Source of the DNA: a virus
Taxonomy: Duplodnaviria; Caudoviricetes
Length of the DNA: 35,142 nt
Direction: 5' to 3' (one strand)
Virus record (IMG/VR): IMGVR_UViG_3300032320_001130
Coordinates: 1-35,142 of that record
The position numbers and the translations under genes are program-made. The notes under the pieces are model-generated. The model worked only from the letters and a program-made list of their open reading frames with translations. It was not told the origin of the DNA and made no database searches. Below, one piece after another: positions 26,656 to 33,709 of the stretch (positions are counted from its first letter, which is position 1; each line of letters begins with the position of its first letter).

Positions 26656-26873
26656 AGATACCCAGAGAAGTCAGAGAATTAGAATCGTTAATAAAAGTAA
26701 ACAAACATTTGGGTATCGCTTTATCTGAGTTAACTCATACTCATTCCTATATAGGTAGCTTAAGAGAACAAAAAAGTTTGATTAAAGTTAAACTCAAATT
26801 AGAAGGTATAATAGAACGAACATTAAAGTCTGAGAAATCAGCCAAAGACAGTTTTTTTAGAAAATTAAAATGA
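26652..26873 (+). CDS. Small basic hypothetical protein (73 aa)
   Basis: Fills the gp47-gp46 gap exactly, with ATGA overlaps at both ends suggesting translational coupling. Confidence 0.7.
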   Translation: MKIPREVRELESLIKVNKHLGIALSELTHTHSYIGSLREQKSLIKVKLKLEGIIERTLKSEKSAKDSFFRKLK

Positions 26874-28942
26874 TAACACTAAAGAATATTACATTACGGA
26901 ACTTCTTATCAATCGGACAAGTCACTCAAGCAGTTGATTTTAACCGCCAAGACTTAACACTTATTCTGGGTGAGAACTTAGACTTAGGCGGTGATGGCGC
27001 TCGTAATGGTACAGGTAAGACTAGTCTTATTCAAGGTCTATCATACGCATTGTTCGGCGTACCCATTAACAGTATCAGAAAAGATAATTTAGTTAATCGC
27101 ACAAATGGAAAGGGTATGCTAGTTACACTAGAGTTTAGTGTAAATGGTATCGACTATAAGATTGAGCGTGGTCGTAAGCCAAACCTACTGAGATTTTATG
27201 TAAACAATGATTTGCAAAAGGGTTTGGATGATGCACAGGGTGAGAACAAAGAAACACAGGCTCAGATTGAGAAAATAATTTGTATGTCTAGTAGCATGTT
27301 CCGCCACATTGTTGCATTAAACACATATAGTGAACCGTTTCTAGCACTAAAAGCAAATGAACAACGTGAAATCATTGAACAACTATTGGGTATTACCCTG
27401 CTATCTGAAAAAGCAGAATCAATCAAAGTTTTATTAAAAGAAACTAAGGATAATATTCAGGGTGAAGAATTCAAAGTCAAAGCTATTGAAGAAGCCAACA
27501 AACGAGTTAAAGAACAAATTGATAGCTTAAAACGTAGACAAGGACTATGGCAAAAGAAACATGAAAGTGACTTGGCCTATCTGGTTGCACAGTATGATGA
27601 ACTTGCTAAAGTTGATATTGAAAAAGAGTTATTGGCTCATAAAGAGTTAATTATATACAATCAACAAAAGAAAGCACAGGATGAGTACAATGCATTGTTG
27701 GCTCGCCAAACTGCTTGGCAACAGAAACATGATAGTGACATTACTGTGGCACGTACTGCTTACTTACATAAGAATGAGTATGACATTGAAGCCGAACTTA
27801 AATTATGGAGTGATTTAAAAGAGTGGCTCAATGATGAATCATCTCAAAAGACTATTGCTACTGCAATAGATGTCCAAACAAAAAATATTACAAAAGAAAA
27901 AAAATTAATTGAAAAATTGGTTCAAGAACTTAAAGAACTTGAGGATCACAAGTGTTATGCGTGTGGTCAAGACTTCCATGACAATAAACATTTAGAAGTT
28001 ACAACAGAAAAGACTAAATTACTTGAAAATGCCCGTAGTGAGTTAGCTGAACTTGAAACGCAATTAGCAAATAATAAAGCACTAGTTAAAGAGTTAGGTG
28101 CTAAACCCACACCATCGTATAAAACAGAAGCAGAAGCTATTCGTCACGGTGGTGACGTAGCTAACTTAAAGAAAGTTTGGGAAGATAAGAAACAAGAATC
28201 TAATCCATTCAGTGAACAGTTAAATGAATTAACTCCAGTAGTATTAGGTTCCCAACCCGTTACTCATTATGATACAGAAGTTGAGGCCGTAAAACACTCA
28301 AGTCAAGTTGCTAATATATTGGCGCAGATTGAAAACAAGTCAAGTGAAAGTGATCCATACAGTGAACAGGTTAGTGAAATGGAAAGTAATGCATTGCAAA
28401 GTATTGACTTTGATGCAATCAACAAACTAACTAAAACTATGGAGCATCAAAAGTTCTTGTTAGATATACTAACTAGCAAAGATAGTTTTGTTCGTAAGAA
28501 GATTATTGACCAAAACTTAAGTTACTTGAATAGTCGATTGACACATTACCTAGATAAGATTGGGTTACCGCATCAAGTTATCTTTCAAAATGATTTACAA
28601 GTTGAAATTACTGAATTGGGCCGTGAACTTGACTTTGACAATTTAAGTCGAGGTGAACGTAACAGATTAATTTTAGGCTTGAGTTTTGCATTCAGAGATG
28701 TTTGGGAGAACTTATATGCACCAATCAATACACTATTCATTGATGAATTGATTGATAGTGGATTGGACACAATGGGTGTTGAAAACAGTATTGCTATTCT
28801 TAAGGATATGTCACGTAGACGGCATAAGAGTATCTGGCTTGTTAGTCACCGTGAAGAATTAGCAGGGCGTGTGCCCAGTGTCTTGAAGGTAGTAAAAGAA
28901 AAGGGTTTCACGACCTACAGCACATCAGTAGATATGGAATAA
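26870..28942 (+). CDS. gp46: Recombination ATPase, gp46/SbcC/Rad50-like (690 aa)
   Basis: Walker A NGTGKTS, Zn-hook CYAC, signature LSRGE, Walker B LFIDE, H-loop VSH, long coiled coils. Confidence 0.93.
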   Translation: MITLKNITLRNFLSIGQVTQAVDFNRQDLTLILGENLDLGGDGARNGTGKTSLIQGLSYALFGVPINSIRKDNLVNRTNGKGMLVTLEFSVNGIDYKIERGRKPNLLRFYVNNDLQKGLDDAQGENKETQAQIEKIICMSSSMFRHIVALNTYSEPFLALKANEQREIIEQLLGITLLSEKAESIKVLLKETKDNIQGEEFKVKAIEEANKRVKEQIDSLKRRQGLWQKKHESDLAYLVAQYDELAKVDIEKELLAHKELIIYNQQKKAQDEYNALLARQTAWQQKHDSDITVARTAYLHKNEYDIEAELKLWSDLKEWLNDESSQKTIATAIDVQTKNITKEKKLIEKLVQELKELEDHKCYACGQDFHDNKHLEVTTEKTKLLENARSELAELETQLANNKALVKELGAKPTPSYKTEAEAIRHGGDVANLKKVWEDKKQESNPFSEQLNELTPVVLGSQPVTHYDTEVEAVKHSSQVANILAQIENKSSESDPYSEQVSEMESNALQSIDFDAINKLTKTMEHQKFLLDILTSKDSFVRKKIIDQNLSYLNSRLTHYLDKIGLPHQVIFQNDLQVEITELGRELDFDNLSRGERNRLILGLSFAFRDVWENLYAPINTLFIDELIDSGLDTMGVENSIAILKDMSRRRHKSIWLVSHREELAGRVPSVLKVVKEKGFTTYSTSVDME

Positions 28943-29118
28943 TTTGTGTACCAGAATTAAAAGCAAACATTATACACGAATTAGAAAGTAATCTGATACA
29001 GCACGGTACATTAACTACAATAGCTAAAAAATTCAATTGTAGCATTGATTTGATAAGTAGAATACACAAAGATATTAATTTATACAAAGAGGCATTAAAT
29101 GAGTGGGTCAAAAAGTAA
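28942..29118 (+). pseudogene. Start-less reading frame with a helix-turn-helix (probable gene remnant)
   Basis: Manual translation: ICVPELKANIIHELESNLIQHGTLTTIAKKFNCSIDLISRIHKDINLYKEALNEWVKK*. HTH-like IAKKFNCSIDLISRI; no in-frame ATG/GTG/TTG before the HTH in this segment; overlaps the nuclease start. Confidence 0.5.
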
Positions 29119-29674
29119 GAATAAAGGTAACGCATTCGAGCGTGAAGTTGCTAATTTTTTATCTAAAACATACAATGCCTCTTTTGTTAGAGCAGCACAT
29201 AGCGGTGCATTTATAGGTGGAACAAATAATCACCGAAAAGAATATCTAAGTGAGAATCAAGTTAAATCATTCAAAGGTGATATCATACCACCTGATGATT
29301 GGAAACATTTCAATGCCGAAGCGAAAAGTTACGCTGACTTTCCGTTTCACCTATTACTTACAGGTGAATGCAAACAACTTGATTCGTGGCTAGAGCAATT
29401 ACTTGATGTAGAAGATACTGATGATTTAAATATTCTTTTTATGAAATTTAATCGTAAGGGTCAATATGTAGCAGTACAAGGAAAACTAACATGGAAGGCA
29501 GATAACTGTCTTTTCTATAGTAGTGTAAAGTACGGTGATTGGGTCGTAATGGAACATTCTAGCTTTTTCAAAAATAATGCAGAATTAGTAAAACAATATT
29601 CAGGCACAACAACAGACACAAAGTCAAATAATACAGAAACAAAACAATTTTTAGATTTAACAACCGTAGGCTGA
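29099..29674 (+). CDS. PD-(D/E)XK nuclease, Hjc-like Holliday junction resolvase
   Basis: SKNKGNAFEREVANFL...SGAFIGG...GDIIPP...NAEAKSY gives an E...GD...EAK catalytic pattern; follows gp46. Confidence 0.8.
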   Translation: MSGSKSKNKGNAFEREVANFLSKTYNASFVRAAHSGAFIGGTNNHRKEYLSENQVKSFKGDIIPPDDWKHFNAEAKSYADFPFHLLLTGECKQLDSWLEQLLDVEDTDDLNILFMKFNRKGQYVAVQGKLTWKADNCLFYSSVKYGDWVVMEHSSFFKNNAELVKQYSGTTTDTKSNNTETKQFLDLTTVG

Positions 29675-30025
29675 GTTTGTCAGTCCTCCTTGAGTTTGTA
29701 CAGATTGTGCTGTGCTGACGGATCTGGAGTATGCACGTTAGTAATAGCGTGGAACACCGAGAGGGCAATCTACATAGGGAACCCTCAATGAGTCTGTAAT
29801 TAACTCTATCTTGCGATTACAGAACATGCGTTGTCGAAGAACCAAACTATATTTGGTAGCTTCACTACAGTCCCATATAAACTTTACAGGACAACCGGTG
29901 GCGAATAGTAACAGAAAAAGTTAACTAGTCGGGGAATAGATGGCAAAGGATGACAGGCATGGCAAAGTTTTTCCAATGGTAGTGCAATTTTGCACTACCA
30001 TGGCTTCAAAGCGGCAAAGTATTCC
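29668..30025 (+). ncRNA. Candidate large structured non-coding RNA of unknown family (~360 nt)
   Basis: About ten nested stems found by eye, with G-U pairs and a GUAA tetraloop on the plus strand; long-range pairs CACCG/CGGTG and GGAATA/TATTCC; no credible ORF. Confidence 0.6.
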
Positions 30026-30057
30026 AATACAATAAAGTTAAATAAAATCTAAAAGAA

Positions 30058-30118
30058 TACCGAACGTGATACTGAGCAAAGCGAAGTATGAGTGAAGGTA
30101 GATGACCGAAGGTCATCT
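30058..30118 (+). other. Two adjacent hairpins with triloops and tandem G.A mismatches (ssDNA-type; may double as terminator)
   Basis: TACC-GA-AC-GTG-ATACT-GA-GC-AAA-GC-GA-AGTAT-GA-GT-GA-A-GGTA and perfect AGATGACC-GAA-GGTCATCT. Confidence 0.6.
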
Positions 30119-30164
30119 TTAAAGAATAAGGCTACTGTAGTTTATGATAAATGAATAATTACGG

Positions 30165-30395
30165 TTAGAAGAATGGAAGTCCTGACTTCTTAGTAGTTTC
30201 CATATTTTCTTCAATAAGTTTGCTTATTGATTTTCTTTCAGTAACACTCATGTTAAGAATATCTGTATAGCTAGCACCACCTCGCATATACCAAGCCATC
30301 TTCATCGCACCGGATTTAATATCCTCGCACTCACGCTCCAATTGATCTAATAGGCCCTTGATTCCCTCGGAGTCAAGCGAAAGGAGCCTTAACCG
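30165..30395 (-). CDS. Hidden small ORF (gp51-like position), probably the -1 frameshift extension of the gp26-like protein
   Basis: Manual translation: RLRLLSLDSEGIKGLLDQLERECEDIKSGAMKMAWYMRGGASYTDILNMSVTERKSISKLIEENMETTKKSGLPFF*. The frame is open back through the slippery site; internal starts give only 58 aa (TTG 30341) or 46 aa (ATG 30305). Confidence 0.75.
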   Translation of the reverse strand, partial: RLRLLSLDSEGIKGLLDQLERECEDIKSGAMKMAWYMRGGASYTDILNMSVTERKSISKLIEENMETTKKSGLPFF

Positions 30396-30401
30396 AAAAA
30401 A
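30352..30401 (-). promoter_or_regulatory. Programmed -1 ribosomal frameshift signal (U_UUU_UUC plus 3' stem-loop)
   Basis: mRNA reads ACU UUU UUC GGU UAA; heptamer at 30401-30395. 5 nt later a stem-loop AGGCU..CUUGA-C-UCC-GAG-GGA-A-UCAAG-GGCCU (30389-30352). Confidence 0.65.
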
Positions 30402-31225
30402 GTTGTTGCGTTGATAGTAAACTCTTGCTGATATTCGTGACTACAGTGTACACATTTTATATCTAGTGGTTTATTTTCTGTAGATTGGCGCAATTCTACA
30501 TTTACTTGTTTAATGCTTTCAAACGTTTTAGCATCAATATTTCTTAAGAACTCATCAATATATGCTGGGTCAAATACAGTAGCGTTTGGAGTTTTTACAT
30601 ATTCAATTGTTTTTGTAATCAATGTAATAGTCATGTTATTAATAACTTCCAAAGCCCTAGCTGTCTTTTCATTTTTTTGATTAGCATCTTCTTCAGATTC
30701 GATGTTTAACAACATTTTTTGTATTTCAAATTGCATGATACTAGTTTGATTTACTTCTCTGTATGGTAAAGGTTTGAATTTAATAATCAAATCTTCTCCA
30801 ATCTCTAGAGGTTTGTTATAATCACCGGGCTTAAAATTAGCCAAAATACCTGCTAAGTTTACATCATATTTTGCTTCTTCATTACAACTAGGACAACTTG
30901 TTTCAATCTCCATTAAATTACCATTTGTAGCGGCACGTATAGCAACTAGTATAGGATCTAAATCAAGTACTGGAATTTCCCATGGATCTAAAATATTAGG
31001 GGCACAACTTTTGATTACTTCAAATATCGCAATACCGTTATATAATGCATCCGGAGTTCTGCTGGTAATCTCATCAATTGCAGTCATAGGATATATAGGT
31101 ATTTCTCCATTCTCTGGTAAATTAATTGCGTTTTCAGAGTATCCTGAGCCACCTGATGGCAATCTCAGATATAATGCTGGTCTACGAAAATATTGTTGTA
31201 GGGGGTTGCTTGAAATGGGTGCCAT
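30389..31225 (-). CDS. gp26-like baseplate hub / tail assembly chaperone (278 aa)
   Basis: NPLQQYFRRPALYLRLPSGG..Y, IYPMTAIDE, DLDPILVAIRAAT, two CxxC pairs (CPSC, CVHC), terminal FFG; adjacent to the tape measure gene. Confidence 0.75.
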   Translation of the reverse strand: MAPISSNPLQQYFRRPALYLRLPSGGSGYSENAINLPENGEIPIYPMTAIDEITSRTPDALYNGIAIFEVIKSCAPNILDPWEIPVLDLDPILVAIRAATNGNLMEIETSCPSCNEEAKYDVNLAGILANFKPGDYNKPLEIGEDLIIKFKPLPYREVNQTSIMQFEIQKMLLNIESEEDANQKNEKTARALEVINNMTITLITKTIEYVKTPNATVFDPAYIDEFLRNIDAKTFESIKQVNVELRQSTENKPLDIKCVHCSHEYQQEFTINATTFFG

Positions 31226-31247
31226 GTTTTATCCTAAATTTTGATGT

Positions 31248-31255
31248 ACTAAATA
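31248..31255 (+). promoter_or_regulatory. Late promoter variant ACTAAATA for the tape measure gene
   Basis: In the 66-nt divergent intergenic region, 36 nt upstream of ATG 31292. Confidence 0.55.
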
Positions 31256-31271
31256 CAATTAGTACCAACTA

Positions 31272-31279
31272 TATTTATA
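31272..31279 (-). promoter_or_regulatory. Canonical T4 late promoter TATAAATA for the gp26-like gene
   Basis: Plus strand tatttata, an exact match to the T4 late consensus; AGGA RBS before ATG 31225. Confidence 0.75.
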
Positions 31280-31291
31280 GGTTAAAAAATC

Positions 31292-33694
31292 ATGGCAGAT
31301 ATTAATACACAGCAAATACAAGACGCATTAGACGGATTATCCAGAACTACCAATGCGTTAGGAGCCGCTGAAGCGGCTGTTGCCGGTGAACAAGCAAAAA
31401 ATGCACAAGCAATTAAAAACGCTACTGCCTATTTTAAACAGTTGGGAAATACGTTATTAAGTTCAGACCGTTCACTAGGGAAATATAGTAACTCAGTATC
31501 ACAAGCCGCCGATGCCGCAGCCTCTGTTGCTAACAATTTTGGTGTAATTGGAATGGCTGCAGGCACACTAATAAAAATATTTGGTAGTTTGGCAGCCGCC
31601 GGGTTAAAACAAAACGATGGGTTAATAAGCACGTATAGAACCTTATCAAATTTTGGCTCATTAAATTTTGATTCAACTGTTGATGGTATAGAACAGTTAA
31701 AAGATCAATTAAAAGATATTGGTTCAACTTATGAAAATTCTGCATACTTTTCAAAGTTAATAGGTGATATTGCTCCTGATTTGATTTCTTTATCAGGTGA
31801 TGTAGGGAAAGGTAGAAAAGACATTGCCGGTATGGTTGGAACTTTACTTAGCACAGAAGAACGTAGATTAAAGAATTTAGGCTATACTACTGAAAGCATA
31901 GCAGAAACTGCAGGTAAATTTACAGCCATACAATCTAGATTAGGTATCAATCAAGGCAATCAACAAGATAAATTAGTAGCCAGTTCATCAAAATATATGA
32001 CAGTATTAGCTGAGTTAAGCTCATTAACCGGACAAAGTAGAGATATAACATTACAGCAATTAGAAGCACAAACTAGAGATGTTCAGTGGCGCGCATATTT
32101 GAGTAAATTAGGAAAAGAAGAACGTGAAGCAGCCGTAAATCAAATTGCAACTATTCAGGCTTTAAACCCAGCTTGGGCTGAGGCTGCTAAAGAAGTTAAG
32201 GCGTTGAATGGTGGTTTTAGAACTCAAGCTACTGCAATGACTATGACTCAAATTCCTGAATTAATGCAAATTATGGATGAAAATGCTAGAGTAGCAAAAG
32301 AAGGTGGAAATGCTACTTTAGATTTATATAGTCGTTTTGGTAAGGCTGCCCCTGATATAGAAAAAAGAGTAGGACAATTTAGAGACTCTGTTATTAATAT
32401 GGACGCGGCTTCAGCCCAACAGTTACAAATTAACTATCAATTGTTTGACACATTAGAACGATTAAAAAATGCCAAGACTCCTGAAGAAATTCAAAAATTT
32501 GCTGAAGAAATGAAAAAACTTGCTGCCCAAGATAAAGGTAGATTAGCAGAACAAACACGATCGGAGCAACTACAACGCCAAAGAGATAATGCACTGGCTG
32601 ATTTACAATTTGGTGCAGCCAATCAATTGATACCTGCACTTAATAAATTAAGTGAAATAGTTAATGATACCGCATATGGCGTGGCTAGATTTGCAAAAGC
32701 TATAGCTAATTTTGTCGGTTTGAATATTGACTGGACCGAAAGTTTTAGACAGTTTAACTCAATTAAAGCTACACAAGATGCACTACAAGAATATGGAGTT
32801 AAAGAAAAAAAGTTAAAAGAAGATCAGATTAAAATTCAAACTGAACTTAATGCTGCCCAAGCGAAAAAACAAGACCTAGATAAAAAAGGTACTCCATCTG
32901 AAAACGTATCTAAAGAAATTACTAACCTTCAAAATAATTTAGGTGAAATTACTAGTCAGTTGTCTGCAACCGAATCAAGTAGAAAAAATGCTAGAGCCGC
33001 TCAGAAAAATTTAGCAGTACAAGGTGGTACTAATGTCAGTGGTGCTTTAGTTGGTTCAGGAATAGGAGTAGATGAAAGTTTAGGTGGGTTGCGTAAAGTA
33101 AGATTATCGGGTGATACTCACCGTGAGGGTTCACAACTTGACCCTCGACTAATAGCAGCCGCACAAAAACTAGAACAAGGTCTCCCTGAATTAGCAATGT
33201 TCACATCATTCAATGATGAATATCATACCAAAAAAAATCCTAATTCAAAACATACTATAGGTCAAGCTATAGATTTTACCTTACAAAAAGATCCTACTCC
33301 GGAAGAGTTTACAGAAATAGCAAAAAAGTTAAGAAATTTTGGATTCACTGGATTAATTAAAGATGAATACAATAAGCCTGATGATAGGACTAGAGGTAAA
33401 CATATACACGCAGAGTTAGCTACTGGTGGTATTATCTCAGGACCCAAAACAGGATATCCGGCAATGTTGCATGGAACAGAAGCAGTTATACCTATGAATA
33501 TGTTTAAAGATTTTGGAAATCTCATTACTAAATTTCCTTTACAAAGTGGAACAGGTACCGGTAATATGAATAATAATATGGATTCATTAATAACTGTTAT
33601 GGATTCTATAGCAACAAAAATAGATGAAATGGTTAATTATCAACGAAGATCCGTAAACACACAGGAAGAGATTTTAACATATACCAAGCATTAA
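31292..33694 (+). CDS. Tape measure protein with a C-terminal M15-type Zn peptidase (800 aa)
   Basis: Long Ala/Gln/Leu-rich helical protein with hydrophobic Gly-rich patches; SKHTIGQAID...HIH; ATGGIISGP..GYPAMLHGTEAVIP motif. Confidence 0.75.
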   Translation: MADINTQQIQDALDGLSRTTNALGAAEAAVAGEQAKNAQAIKNATAYFKQLGNTLLSSDRSLGKYSNSVSQAADAAASVANNFGVIGMAAGTLIKIFGSLAAAGLKQNDGLISTYRTLSNFGSLNFDSTVDGIEQLKDQLKDIGSTYENSAYFSKLIGDIAPDLISLSGDVGKGRKDIAGMVGTLLSTEERRLKNLGYTTESIAETAGKFTAIQSRLGINQGNQQDKLVASSSKYMTVLAELSSLTGQSRDITLQQLEAQTRDVQWRAYLSKLGKEEREAAVNQIATIQALNPAWAEAAKEVKALNGGFRTQATAMTMTQIPELMQIMDENARVAKEGGNATLDLYSRFGKAAPDIEKRVGQFRDSVINMDAASAQQLQINYQLFDTLERLKNAKTPEEIQKFAEEMKKLAAQDKGRLAEQTRSEQLQRQRDNALADLQFGAANQLIPALNKLSEIVNDTAYGVARFAKAIANFVGLNIDWTESFRQFNSIKATQDALQEYGVKEKKLKEDQIKIQTELNAAQAKKQDLDKKGTPSENVSKEITNLQNNLGEITSQLSATESSRKNARAAQKNLAVQGGTNVSGALVGSGIGVDESLGGLRKVRLSGDTHREGSQLDPRLIAAAQKLEQGLPELAMFTSFNDEYHTKKNPNSKHTIGQAIDFTLQKDPTPEEFTEIAKKLRNFGFTGLIKDEYNKPDDRTRGKHIHAELATGGIISGPKTGYPAMLHGTEAVIPMNMFKDFGNLITKFPLQSGTGTGNMNNNMDSLITVMDSIATKIDEMVNYQRRSVNTQEEILTYTKH

Positions 33695-33696
33695 CA

Positions 33697-33704
33697 GATA
33701 AATA
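33697..33704 (+). promoter_or_regulatory. Late promoter GATAAATA 5 nt before the portal ATG
   Basis: taa-ca-GATAAATA-ttagt-ATG in a 15-nt intergenic gap; no SD. Confidence 0.7.
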
Positions 33705-33709
33705 TTAGT

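Noticed and set aside
28908-29135. 75-aa minus-strand ORF across the gp46-nuclease gap
   Set aside because: Opposes the operon and overlaps both neighbours; the plus-strand HTH frame explains the gap better.
29568-29768. 66-aa minus-strand ORF with a hydrophobic C-terminus (toxin- or holin-like)
   Set aside because: The hydrophobicity is the antisense reading of an A-rich coding tail; no RBS or promoter, and it overlaps the nuclease and the structured element.
29668-30025. Group I/II intron, tmRNA, RNase P or c-di-GMP riboswitch identity for the structured region
   Set aside because: No interrupted gene, no convincing P7 or domain V, no tRNA-like ends; ACTACAGTCC and GGCAAA resemblances are too short. 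An Rfam search is still needed.
30100-30118. cUUCGg tetraloop terminator on the minus strand
   Set aside because: CTTCGG is present, but the perfect stem register leaves a 3-nt loop; forcing the tetraloop breaks the stem, and no U-tract follows on that strand.
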